A stretch of 64,000 nucleotides of DNA. Source: Callorhinchus milii. Taxonomy: Eukaryota. The notes beneath the pieces are model-generated. The model ran no database searches. It was not told the origin of the DNA and saw only the letters and a program-made list of their open reading frames with translations. A program made the translations under genes and the position numbers. The DNA lies in contig NW_024704742.1 of assembly GCF_018977255.1 (NCBI RefSeq), forward strand, positions 101,062,001 to 101,126,000, read 5' to 3'. Shown in pieces: positions 50,410 to 63,429 of this stretch; positions within the stretch are counted from its first letter, which is position 1; the number at the start of each line of letters is the position of its first letter.

Positions 50410-50797
50410 ATAATAATAATCCTTGCATTTGATATAGCGCTTTTCACGTCTTCTAAACATCTCAAAGTGCTTCACAGAATAATAATAATAATAATCCTTG
50501 CATTTGATAAAGCGCTTTTCACGTCGGGAGGACGTCCCAAAGCGCTTCACAGAACACACTGTAAAGTGAATTGACTGTATATTTGTGGGCGAACGCGGCA
50601 GCCAATTGCGCACAGCAGTGTCCAACAAACAGTTGTGGATTGAACTCACCAATTTATTATTGTTTTTTTTTCTTGAGGGAACTATTATCAGACATGTGGA
50701 GTAAGAAAACTTGCCCAAGGTTTCGCCCTGCTGGGAATCGATTCCAAGTCTCTCGCTTGCGAGGCAAGTGCGCCAACCATCTAGCTATAGGACTCCT
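50410..50797 (-). mobile_element. SINE with two tandem tails (young type and old type)
   Basis: One tail at 50410-50479; second element 50480-50797 includes the head. Confidence 0.88.
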
Positions 50798-51104
50798 ATA
50801 CCTGTTAATAGCACCAATCAACTCTGTGCAATTTTTCGCAAAATTTGTCAAATCCCCCCCGCAATTCTTGGCAAATAATTCTGCAATTTTCTATTGGTCC
50901 TGCCCAAAAAGAGCAATGCCCTGAGACGCTTTTCTACATCAAGAGCACTATATAAATGCACGTTGTTATCACTGTTGTTGTTAAGTGAAAGGCATTATAT
51001 CAATATAACTTGTTGCACTGATAGACCGGCCATCCTGGCTCATCGTTTGGACGTGGAGGGGCAGATTAATTATTGGGGGCACATGTCACACACATTCATC
51101 CCAC

Positions 51105-51426
51105 TCAACCACTGTTAACCCTGCAGGCCCAAGCCCTAATGGATAGGGTGTCTTAGCTGAACAAACAACTGGAAGCTTGCCAGACAGCACTTTTAATGCC
51201 AAGCTCTGTGGCTTTAGTTGGTTAGACTGCAGCAGTACCTCAATGCACGTACTGAGGTGCACAAAACGTAGGTCTTGCTAACCTGCACATAATTTTCTTG
51301 AGTATTAGATAAGCAGGATTCCTCACTGGTATGGGAATATCTATGTGTAGGTGACAGGTTGATTTGGATACTCTTTAACATGATGATGGTTTCCACATGG
51401 TTCAGACATCCGGCTGATCAAAAAAA
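51105..51426 (+). repeat. Copy of the unclassified dispersed repeat (3' part)
   Basis: ctgttaaccctgcag...ttagataagcaggat...ggtttccacatg..cagacatccggctgatcaaaaaaa. Confidence 0.75.
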
Positions 51427-51668
51427 TTTAAATTGTTATTGGTGGAAGATTATTTTACTTAAAATGCAAGATCAGGTTGAATTTTGGAACATTATATGTG
51501 AATTTATGACTCTAGTTCATAAAAAGAATAGTCTTCCATATTAAGACTAAATTTAAAAAAATTCCACAATTCTGTGCATTCTTACATTTTAAAACAAAAT
51601 GGTCTTTTTAAGTGGAATTTCAGACTTTTTTATTTTATTTGAAGGTTCAATAGAAACCTAATAAACTA

Positions 51669-51719
51669 CAACAACAACAACAAGATTCCATTTATAGAGC
51701 GCCTTTCACGTCGGGAGGA
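51669..51719 (-). mobile_element. 51-bp L2 tail insertion with a 12-bp target-site duplication
   Basis: cctaataaacta occurs at 51657-51668 and 51720-51731. Confidence 0.88.
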
Positions 51720-52007
51720 CCTAATAAACTAACAGAATTAAATGAAAATTAAAACCTTCTAATTTGTGCAAACCTCTGAACTCACCCCCCACCCCCACCC
51801 CCACCATCTGTTCCTTAGGTTTGTCTCTACCCTTGCACTCATTCATACCTGACTTCCCTGAGCTTTTTCTCTCCCCACCTATCCTTTTCCCAACTGCTCT
51901 TCTTTCCATACAACAAAATAACAACACAAATTAACTTTAAGGCCTTAAAACTAAAAGTCAAAATATTGTATTGGATATACTGCTCTTTTTATTAAACATG
52001 TAAACAC

Positions 52008-52204
52008 AAAACACAAAATACTGCAGCTGCTGGAAATCTGAAACAAAATCAGAAATCGCTGGGAACACTCAACAGGTCAGGGAGCATCTACGGAGAAAGT
52101 TTTGTGGTTCTGATGAAGTTTCGTGGACCTGAAACATTGACTCACTTTCCTTTCTCCATAGATGCTGTCTGACTTGCTGAGTGTTCCCAGCGACTTCTGT
52201 TTTT
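52008..52204. mobile_element. Penelope-associated palindromic non-autonomous repeat with a degenerate hammerhead core
   Basis: Inverted arms ~52050-52099 / ~52150-52204; CTGATGA...GAAAC at 52110-52135. Confidence 0.7.
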
Positions 52205-52729
52205 GATGTAAATACAGAACCCATTTTGGAAATTATTATACGACACAGACATAACAAACCCAGATGACACACTGAAAGCACTTTTATCTTGGTGAGGACT
52301 GAACCACAGAGGGATCATACATCATTCCTGGCAAAAGTTAAACAAATTAATGCTGATTCTGTGTCCCTTCCATGACTAATGGCACCATTAGCAGTAAAAA
52401 AAAGTTATTAAAAAGGTGAAGGGGGACCATATCTATGATATCTTTTACACTGTGAAAGACATCAGATATAAGCATTGCACGCAAACAGCTGTGGTGTGTG
52501 CTGCATACGGTATTTGAAATACGCTCAAGACTCTTGCTCAATTCCTTCTCACCATTGCTGGACACATTATGGATGCTGTTTTTGAGATTATAATTGTTTT
52601 CTGCCTTTTGACAATGAAGCTGCTGATGCACAACACTTTGATTTCCAGCCGTTTGAATATGTTATTGAACAGATACAAGAATGCTCTCTAAATCTAGTTC
52701 ATTTTAATGAATAGCTGTAAAATTCCATA

Positions 52730-53560
52730 TTCAACAATTTGCATTCATAGAGTAGAATTTGCATCAAAGAACAAATCGAAGCACTTGACATTGAGAACGG
52801 TGGACAACAAACAGAATGGGAGAGGAATTTAGAGGTGAATGAAATCACAAAGGGATAGGGCTTTGTAAACGGGAGAGCGAGATAGAAAGGAAAAGTGACA
52901 GAGGCAGAGGCTTCAGCTCTGGAGGGAGTGGGTTTGAGGTAACAAACCTAAGTCAGAAGAATAGAAAGCTGAGGGATACCAGTTACAGTTACAGAGTTTT
53001 ACACAGATACAGTGGAGCAAGTTATCTCGTTATCTGGCTGGTTGGATTGCATTTAAATATGAAAGTTTGGGAATCAATTCAATGTGGAAGTCAGTGTAGC
53101 TGATAATGGGAATGTGGGGCCTTGTGCAGGACAGTACATAGCTGCTAAATCCTGGATGATTTTCCAGTGTGATAGGTTGCAAAAAGCTGCCACCAAGGAC
53201 ACCATTGGCGAATGCCATAGTAGAAATGACAAAAGCATGTTTCAGGATTTCAGTAGTGGAGGTTAGGTAGATGCAAAAAGGACTAATGTTCTGAAGGTGC
53301 AACAAGACAGTGTTGGCAGTGGATTGGATGTAGGATTTGAAGTTTATCCTAGGCTTGAACAGAACTTCAAGATTCTGCAACAGCAATTTCATCTAGGAAA
53401 GTTAATGCAATGGAAGCAGAAGCACATCAGTGCTGGAGAGAGACAAACAAAATGGCTTATATCTTGTTGACATTGAGTTGTAGAAAGCTTGATAAATCAA
53501 AGTCTGTATGATGGACAGATGATCAAACATAATAGCACAATAGCAAGGGTCCTGGAATCA
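52730..53560 (-). mobile_element. Old, highly decayed L2 3' part
   Basis: ORF 53030..53392 reads QNLEVLF...HLQNI...EILKHAFVIS, similar to L2 ORF2. Confidence 0.65.
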
Positions 53561-54040
53561 AAGTTGATTATATACAGGTAGAGTTTGTAATGAAGAGAGT
53601 TGGTAATATAGGGATTGAGTTCATACTAGAAAGTTGAAAGGGTGAAACAAATAATGCTACAGCGGAAGAGGTTTGTAGGGAAAATGCAGAGAGGGTAATA
53701 GAAAGGCAGAGTTGGTAATAGAGAGGTATGGAAGAGGCAGAGGTTTGCATTTAATTTCCTGCAGGTTCAGCTTAGTTGGCTATTACAATACATAAAATGT
53801 TAGATGTCTACACTACACAAACATATTGAAAAGTTCAAGAAATAAATAATAGACCAGGTTTAGTGTGCTTTGATTTAGGTTTGTGATTTAATGGCATTGT
53901 GTGCTGCAGTTGAAATTAAACCAGACATAGAAGTAAGACTGAATGTCTTTGTATTTAAAATAAATAGGTTTTGCATTTTCTCTCAATGTTTTATCAAACG
54001 AAAGTTCGGAGAAAGGCACATTTCAATTCTTTTGCCTGAT

Positions 54041-54420
54041 TTTCTTTGGTTAGCCAGGTGTCTGACACATGCAGAAACCCATTACCAGGCTTAAGAATTT
54101 CAAAAACAAACTGGGAGTCCCATACCCGCCACCTGCGTGTGGAAATGTCCATGTTTGGAATGGAATGAACTTTCTCTCTCTGGAGGGACACATCCTGCTT
54201 ATCTAATTCAACAACAACAACAAAAAATTACATTTATAGAGCACCTTTCACGTCGGGAGAGCATTCCATTAATTCCAGAGTACATTAAGAGCAGGTTGGC
54301 AAGAGTTGAGGCTTGGGGAGCCCAGAGTATGCATTGGGATGCATGATCTGTCCAGCTTCCTGCTGCTTGTCCAGCTAAAACTATTAGGGCTTTGGCTTAC
54401 AGGGTCAACAGCTGAATGAG
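54041..54420 (-). repeat. Copy of the unclassified dispersed repeat with a ~60-bp L2 tail inserted (54210-54269, flanked by taattc)
   Basis: Reverse complement matches 25560-25930. Confidence 0.75.
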
Positions 54421-57400
54421 AAAAATCTCTGGCCCCAGTGCTCCTGTATGGTGCAATGTCATACTGAACTTTGTCTTCTAATAGATCCATCTATTATCAT
54501 TTTCAATTAGAATTCTGCAACTTAATTATTCAATGGTTGAATCACTAAAGGCTGGTCCTGAATAAAATTGGCTTTAGTTATCAATTGGATTGACTGCAAT
54601 TTTAGTGATGTTAGTGATCACACATTGCCTTTTTCACCCTATCGCTTATTTCTATCTAATTTTAGCTCACTCAATGTGAGGCCTATGGCTGGATGGGTTT
54701 TGGATGCGTCCCTTTCTTTTTAATATATTCTTTCACTTCCTGCTGAACTTCCGGTTGGCATTATACCATATAAAATAATGGATTTCCCTATTATAATCGT
54801 ACATCACCATAATTTTTGCACTACCAGAAATTCAGCTCACTGCTTCCTGATTCCTAAAATTTTACTTGCATCTTTAGTGAAGTTCGATAATTCCTTTTGC
54901 TTCAGTAACCTCCAGTCCAGAATAATTCCATCTAACAAAGGTCAAGTGGATCATTTCTGTCTGTTAAGCTTTTCAATCTGTTTTGTTCTGTTGGGCAGCT
55001 TAACTTGCCATCAGCTGTAAATTGTCACGCAGAAAAGCGTAAAATAACATTATAATGGTTGGTTACCAACTGCGAATAATTACTGTACATCTACTGCTCA
55101 AACAGCCTTAACCACCATGGACAGGGCAATGCCTTTATTGCACGCCTGCTCTTTTGGCAAAATTACCTGCAGTCAGTGACATAAAAATGAGTGATAAACA
55201 AAACTGACAAAACAATATTTGCTATCTTCTGATAATGTTTTGTTCTTGTTTTATACTTTTGAATCAAAGTGCTGTAAACGCGCCACAATTCTAGTGCATC
55301 GATCAGACGATTTTTGAATTAATGCTCCAACATAAATGTTAATGATTGCGTCAATTAACTCCACTTCTCAAGCAGTTCTCAGTGAATAAGGCATTCAGCC
55401 CCAGTTCCTCTGCAAGTGTAAAACACATTAAATTCCATAAATGTTTAATAGTTTCAGTTTGCATCAACACCAAAAGGACAAATGCTTTTCCAGCAAATCC
55501 AAAAATATGGTGTAAGTTATAGGGTGAAAAGTGCAATATTTATTTACAGATTTGGTGTTCTGCAATCTGTTCAGAGGCATTGCATTTTTCACCTCTACTT
55601 TACAAGACATGCATGTGCAGTTGTAATGAAAGTTGTGGCAAATGGAAAATTATATATATATTATACCAGGGGGTTGGAGAGTTTATGGAGTTTGTCCCTT
55701 AGACTAATTTGTAAGTACAATAAACAGTCAACCAGTACATGAGAATGCTGCATTTTTCTTTCAGCACCCTATTGCTATTTGTCTATTTGTGGGACTTGCC
55801 AATTGTGAATTTTTGTGACCTTTTCAGAACAGACTCAATAATAAGATAATTAAATGCCTTAGCAAACAAGCAGTATGCCCCTTGATTCTATAAGTCAGTA
55901 ATATGGAAATGTTTAATGTCCCGTTCGGTGTCATGCTCCACCATTGTCAAGCACTCTGGGATGCTACACTGCATGAGTGACACTATATAAATGCATGTTG
56001 TCGTTGTTGTTGAATGGCAACTTCATAGCAATGTCATAAAACTGTGATTCTGGTGCATTTGACCAATGTTCATATCAAAATGCTTGTATAGGAGCTCACG
56101 GTCAAGTGTCCTGCTAATTGTGGATCAAACAGCAACTTACCCGACTTTTAATTAAACTAGGAATTTTTTAAAATAAATATCATCAATTTGATGTCACATG
56201 ATCAGTTTCTTGTCTGGTGTGAAGGCGTTATATGGAAAATAATTCAGAATATACACATTCCTGGGTAGTAATTCCACCTGGGTCTAGATTTACACAGAAT
56301 GTCCAGAATTTGACAAAAAAACTTAAGCCCAGCCTTGATTTGGAGACGGTTTTCTGTCACGTCTCTTAAGAACTAGACAAAATCAACTTCAAAGTTAAGA
56401 CAGATTGAACAATTTGTGAACTTCTGCACACACTGAAATGCTGCATAAATAAAGTGAGTGTAGATGCGGGTGGAATTTCTCCCCCACCAATTTTAAAATG
56501 AACCGAGGCATGATTAGCTGGAAGAGAAGTTCCACTTGGATCTATACCAGACTTTTCTAGGCATTTCAGCGAGCGCATTTTGAAAATTCCTTTAGGAACC
56601 ACAAAAAATGGCTTTGATATTAAGACTGAATTTAAAAATTGTCCAAAATTTTCGGTCTGAAATGCTAAGAAAAAAGTCTTAAGTCTAGACTCAAGTGACA
56701 ATTCTCCCCATGGATTTCAGAAAGTTCTGAACATAGGATTAGAAAGGTGAATAAGACTAACCAAAGTATTGAGAACTTTGCAGTCTTTATTCTGTACACA
56801 GTATCTAAAATTATGCAACTTGACATTTTGCATGCCCTAAAATAAAAGTATGTCAGAATTCAAACTCAGTGAAATACAATACAAGTTTACATTTATATAG
56901 CACATTTTCACATTGGGAGGATGTCCTGAGGCTCCGGACAGTCTAAGGTCTGTGCCTGAGTTGGACAGGAGTTAGGGAACAAGGATGGATCAAGGGAATG
57001 GTTTTATATGTTATATAACATTTGCAAAAGTTTTCAGACAACATTTTGAACCCATATTTACTTATATTATGCCAACCCATCATTGGTGTTATGAGTTTAA
57101 AGCAATTGTAAAGTGGTTGTCCATTAAAGTGCAATGATGACAGGACACAAGATGCAGCTGGTGAAAAGGCTACAGAAAGACATTTTTTGTACATGTGTTG
57201 GACATGAGAGATGGAGCTACAAATATACAGAGAGACAATTGGTTAAAGGGTTGTGTAATTCAGGAGTGGATCATATTTTGGTCAAAGTTGGATCTTCAGA
57301 AATAAAATGGTCATATTTTACTGAGATAAAGGTTAGAGTTGAACTGTAATTCACTTCAGTAGAAACAGCACCTGTCATAAAATGAAAATGCAGATTGTTT

Positions 57401-58904
57401 AAATCCGTATTATATCGCAAATTTCGGACTTTGTATGTCAGTGAGGTTTGTAAAGCACTCACACACATCATTGTTCATGTAAATGTGAAGTAACCTTGTT
57501 AAACTATCGCTTTACCTTTGAAAAGTACAGCTGGACCACCTTACAAATACATTTTCAAGACATAATTATAATATGTTTCCAACTGTAACAAGCTGGACTA
57601 ATGCCAATCCATAGTGCAACCTATTTCAGTACATCCCATTTATTTTGTCCCTCTCTTCCTCTCTGTAATGAATTTTACATGCACTATCTCTTTCTAATGG
57701 GTTGTGTTAAGTGTTCCTTGATTGCTTTGTCCTTGGTTTACTCTGTAGCTTTGTTACAGTATCTCTTGAATCTGCTCTGCCACATATTTTCACTCTATCC
57801 CCTCCACCCACTGAAACTGCAATATTAGTTTAAATAGATTCAAAGACAAGCTCCTATTTTAATTTTGAGATGAAAATTAACGCATCAGTAAATCTGTAAA
57901 GGAATATTGCAATTGCTTGTTGATAACTAAAGACTGGTCTTAAGTGTGAGATTCTCCTTCTGATTCTGGCACAATCATCAAGCCAACAAAGGTCTAAAAA
58001 TTTGAAAGCAACTTTAGGTGTACCTGATAGTGGATTGCATCGTTGTGATGCTGCTTCATTGTACACCTTCTGAACTAGGATTGAGTTAAAATGATATCCC
58101 AAGTAAGTTGGGAGTTCAATTCCAAGGCCATTCTTTAGGAATGGACGGAAAATGTGGAAAAGTTTTATCCCAGATTTAGTGTGATATTTCACATCACATC
58201 TATTATGACACATCGCATTTCTCACCCCAATAGATCAGTTGAAAACATTTCCATTTGCAGTGTTGTTGGATGTTGTGATGTATCATTCTGATTAAGCTGA
58301 TTAAAATTCAATTCATTTTAAGTATCAACGTTAGTTGAAAGCTTTTATATTGTTTGAGGATTCTGTGCAGAGATGGAGAAGATACAATTGAAGATAGATT
58401 TATGGTTCTTTATCCGTTATTATCATATTTACCCTTCTCGCTGGATGCTTTGTCTTGTAATTAACAGAATTTATCTCTTCCTCACTTTTAGTACAGAGGC
58501 TGATCTACGAAGGCAGAGGATTTGTCATCTTGTCCTAACAACAAATTATGATTGTGTGGGTGAGGTAGTTTGTTTGTGGACTGTCTCATTTTGTTACAAA
58601 GGTTGGCAGATTCCATTGTACTTGTCAATTAGGAATTAGTGATGCCTGAGCCACACGGAGTAGGAGTTTTTGGTATGGGCAAAACTACTGAACATGTCCT
58701 ATTATAACAAGCCCCGAATTATTTCAAATCAACATTATCCACTTCAGGCCATTTCCAACCAAATGTTAAAAGCAAGGTAAGTAGTGCCCAAATCCATTAC
58801 GAACACCTGGCTAAGGACATGCCTTAGACACTCATTTCAATACAAAACAAATTTGGGTGAAAAATGTGGCATGTAATTTAACAAGTATTACCAATGATAA
58901 TTAT

Positions 58905-59915
58905 CAACAACAACAAGATTACATTTGTATAGCGCCTTTCACGTCGGGAGGACGTCCCAAGGCGCTGGACAGTGTACAGCATTTCAGACCTGAGTTGGGG
59001 TCAGGGGGGGAGAAAGGAGGGGAGGAGAAGGGGGATGGCTGATAGCATGGTCAAAGAGGAGGGTCTTGAGGCGGGACTTGAAGGAGGCTAAGGAGGAGCG
59101 ATGTGGAATTCCAGAGGTTGGGGGCAGAGTAGCTCTCACGCCAATGGTGAGGCGGGAGGGTCAGGGGACATGGAGCAGGCCAGAGCCAGCTGAGTGGAGG
59201 GAACGGGCGGGTTGGTAGGGGATTAGGGGGTTGCAGAAGTAGGGTGGGGTGAGGCCATGGAGGGCTTTGTAAGTGAGGACCAGGATCTTGAACTGGATCC
59301 TCTGAAGGATAGGGAGCCAATGGAGTCGGGAGAGAGTGGAGGAGATGGGGTCGCGAGTTTGGTGCGGGAGAGGACACGGACTGCAGAGTTCTGGATTATC
59401 TTCAGCCTGTGGAGGGAAGAGTTGGGAAGGCCGACAAGCAGGGCATTTGCATAGTCAAGCCTGGAGGTGATGAAGGCATGAACAAGAGTTTCAGTGGCCT
59501 GAGGGGTGAGATAATGGCGGAATCGGGTGAAGTTACGGAGGTGAGGGAAGGCAGAGCGGGTCATGGCTTGAATGTGGGGGAGAAAAGGCAATTGAGGGTC
59601 GAACAAGACACCTAGGTTCCTGAATGGCTTGGTGAGTTGCAGTGTGCAACCATGGAGGTCGATGCTGACAGAGCCTGAGGTGCTGAGGCGCTGGTGCGAG
59701 CCAATCAGGAGGGCCTCAGTCTTGTTCACATTCAACTGTAGGAAATTTGCCCTCATCCAGGACTTGATGTCCAACCGGCAGTCTGTCAGGACAGCAGTGG
59801 TCCTGGAGTTGAGGGTGGAGGCAGAAAGATAAAGTTGGGTGTCATCCGCATACATGTGGAAGTTGACCCCATGTCTGCGGATGATGTCACCAAGGGGGAG
59901 CATGTAGATATTAAA
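58905..59915 (-). mobile_element. L2 1-kb 3' part including YADD
   Basis: ORF 59223..59903 reads [27 protein letters not shown]. Confidence 0.95.
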
Positions 59916-59959
59916 AAGATATCACATCACACATTGAATTTTTCCTTCCATGATGTATT

Positions 59960-60241
59960 TTGACATGGATCAAAATCCAACCTGCTCAAATCCTATTCCT
60001 CTGGCTGCCTCCTTTGCTCAGCTGGCTCGAATATTCTGATTGTTCTTCATCCTCCCTGCTCCACAATTGGCAGCCATGCTTTCAGCCCCGATGCCCCCGA
60101 ATCTCTGGAACTCCTTGTCTCAATCTCTCAATCTTACCTCCTTCTTTGCCCATTTCCAAAACATACCTGATCAGTGGTCAAAGCACACTGTTGTTAAGAA
60201 CTTCCGAGCAAAGGGTGCTGCACAAAGCAAGTTGTTGTTGT
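59960..60241 (+). mobile_element. Decayed L2 3' end
   Basis: ctctggaactcc block and (TTG)n tail. Confidence 0.65.
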
Positions 60242-60682
60242 AGTTTGACATATTTTCATATAAACACGTATGTTCATACTCACATAAATTATGTATATAT
60301 AGACAGTATTTATGTAAATTATATACACAGTGTACAAATATGTCACTTGTGCTGATCACAAATGTCACCCTTAACTTTAAGCAACCTCGGGCCAGCTGTG
60401 TGGCCTATGCTTCATTCTCAATGGCCCACAGGCCTTGGCAGGGTCTCCACGCTTCACAGTCCTGCTCCAGCAAGAGAGACTGAGGAGGACATGATCACAT
60501 TCTTAAGAAGGCACAAGCTCTGTACCTTGAGACTGGCCTGAGGTCTTAGTATCTGCTACAATATTATATTCGCCAAATGAAAGCTGCTATCTCTCCCGGG
60601 TGTCTTAAAGTATAAGAGATTTTGAAGTTTGGGTTGTGATTAGATCTAAAGATATAATAATAATAGCTTACATTTTTAAAAA

Positions 60683-60865
60683 AAAATAATAATTTGGTCA
60701 CTTAATCCATAATTATTTGTGGGACACTGATGTGCGCTATTGGCTGCGTGTTTTGCCCACAAAATACATAGTCAATCCACTTAACAGTATTATTCCGTGA
60801 AGCTTTGAGATGTCTCAACAATGTCATAAGGTGCTATATCAAATGTAAGGATTATTATTATTATA
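60683..60865 (+). mobile_element. SINE 3' half
   Basis: tttgtgggacactgatgtgcgc...gctatatcaaatgtaaggattatta. Confidence 0.8.
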
Positions 60866-61267
60866 TATAATGTGGCTGCATAAATAGGTCTGTGCCACTT
60901 GTGTTGATCACATTTGTCACTTCTAGTATTTCTCCAAAGATGACAGGTCTGATAACATCAATCATTCTCCACAAATATTATGTTTGCTAAGAAAAAAAAT
61001 CTAAAGATATCTTTGTGGACATAAATGAACATGAGGGGACATCAATAGAGGAATAATGGACTTAGATTAGACTCTTTTGATGCAGTTATATTAGTCTGAG
61101 GAATTCAACATGATTTCATTCTATACCAAAAAAAATTCTGCTGATCTTACAATGACACCAGATTTTACAAATGGAGGATGATAACCTAATCTGCTTTGCT
61201 TACAGCAGTTGCTAGAAGTCTGAAACTACAAAGCAATATGGAGATCGCCAACAGGTCAACCAGCAAT

Positions 61268-61983
61268 CAAAACAACAACACAAAATTACATTTGTATAGC
61301 ACTTTCACGTCGGGAGGACGTCCCAAGGCACTGGACAATCAACGTTTCGGACCCAAGCTGGGAGTTGGGATCGGAGAGGGTGGAGGGCAGGGGGGGAAGG
61401 AGGGTTTCCGAACAACAATAACAACAGCAACAACTTGCACTTATATAGCGCCCTCCACGTAATGTGGCAGAATGGCGGAGCCTGACTCTGAGCTGGTGAG
61501 GGAGGTGGCCGTAAGTACGGTCAAAGAAGAAGGTTTGCAGGTAGGACTTGAAAAGGAGGAGGGGGTAAAGTGGAGGGACTAAAGGAGAGCATTCCAGAGT
61601 TTCGGGGCATAGTGGCTGAAAGCACGACCTTCGATGGTGAAGAGTAAGGTGAGAGGGACGAGCAGGAGGCCGGTGCCAGTCAAGCGGAGGTGCCAGGTGG
61701 TGGATTGGGGAGTCAGGAGGTTGGAGAGGTAGGGAGGTGCCAGAGAGTGAAGGGATTTGAACACAAGTGTGAGGATCGTGAAGTCGATCCATTTGGTGAT
61801 AGGAAGTCAGTGGAGCCTTGCCAGAACTGGTGAGATGTGGGTACGGAGTTTGGTCCAGGTAAGTAGGCAAAGGCATGGTTGAAGAGGAGGGTCTTGAGAT
61901 GGGTCTTGAAGGAAGCGAGGGAGGGGACGAGGCTGAGGAACTGCGGGATGGAGTTCCAGAGGATGGTGGCAGAGTGGCTGAAA
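61268..61983 (-). mobile_element. Nested L2s: outer 61268-61410 plus ~61855-61983, inner ~61411-61855
   Basis: Two (CAA)n tails; inner copy matches the 11982 subfamily (RAFSHYAPKLWNAL). Confidence 0.85.
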
Positions 61984-63429
61984 GAGAGAGAATAGTTAGT
62001 GCATTGGGCAAGCATACAGTCAGGCCTAATCTATACTGAATATCAATTAATTATTAGATATTAGTGTGTTATCCAGTCTGATGTTAGGTACATGGTTATG
62101 GTGCTTGATCTAAATAGGATGCCAAAGTCATGACGCAAATTCAGTGCATGTAATCAGAGCCAAATCCTCAGCTCATAAAACATGACCTTTAATTAGCAAA
62201 ACATCTATTAAAAGTACATTCACTTAGCTGTAATCAAAACACAGCAGAAATGAAAAGGCAATGGAAGAAGTCACATGAAAGATCAATCCTGTTATTTGGT
62301 ACTAAGTTTATCCATTGTAGCTATGCTTGCAACCAAAGAATCGAATATGGAATGTAGATTTGCACACAGATAGACATTTTATCTTTATTTACACTCATTT
62401 GGAAGGACTCCTGGGAGGAGGACTCTTTTTCGGAGGACTCAGCGGGAGGACTTGATACATTAAAAATCTAATTCTGTTGTTGTTGCCGCAGCTTAGTTTT
62501 GTCTGTGTTTATTTGGCTACTTGCGTGCTCTGTGACACAAAATGGCACAGCGCCATTGTCAGCCGGCACAGCCACCAAGTGTAACTGCAGTGTGTGTGTA
62601 CATAAGTACATGTACATCTGTGATGCACAATGCACAGCGGCACTTTGACTCGGCGGCCACCAGGTATAACTGCAGCGAAAAATGCAAAACTGAAAATAAT
62701 TCATTAACAAGAGGAGATACCCGAAACCAAATATGCCCACGTCACTCCAAGTTCAAGACCTTTCTAATGAGGTATAAATCATGTTTCTACATCAATTGGT
62801 TATTGAGATCCTTCTTGAAGCCCAGACAGACATTATTGTTTTATTAGTGTAGAAGAAGATAGAAGAAGATAAATGGTGTTGTGGACCTGGTAAAAATAAA
62901 GAGCATGTATTGCTCTTACAGACCTGTTCAGGTCTAAACAAATTGTACCCTGGATTACAACAATCTAATTGCACTGCTGTCCTCATTTTTTTTCTGGAAT
63001 CAATAACATACAAGAATTTCATGCCCGAAAATTCCAATGAGGATTTTGTATTCAAGTCCGAATGGCGGTCAATCTGATACAAATGTTCATACGAAAGGAG
63101 AAACTGCTCTCAGAGGACTGTTATCCAATTTTACGTCACTGAGTCTAGTTTGTTTGGTCCCTACAAAAGCATCTTAAATAATGATTCAATTTATTTTAAT
63201 TACCATTACAAGAGGAAATAGAGGGAACGTTGCAAAGGTAGAATTGATTTTTGACATGACTGACACTTCTTCTTTTAATCGTCTTCCAAAGAGGGAAGAG
63301 AAATTTAGAGCAGCAAGCAAATCTAAGATTAATTCCAGAAGATATCTTAATATCCAACTATTGACTAAAATTACTTGAAATTATTATCCTTATATATCAA
63401 ACAAAATAGCAATTGATGAGGGACTGTGT

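Noticed and set aside
54960..55350. Shh ZRS enhancer identity
   Set aside because: Only a ~10-nt match (TTTTGGCAAA) to my recollection of ZRS; no extended similarity.
57854..58640. 123-aa and 88-aa ORFs and a possible exon at 58492-58559
   Set aside because: No recognisable product; splicing from 49940 in the expected phases hits stop codons.
62730..63380. Coding-like decayed stretch (KSEWRS resembling a hAT C-terminus)
   Set aside because: Stops in the frames I translated and only a short motif; insufficient without a translated search.
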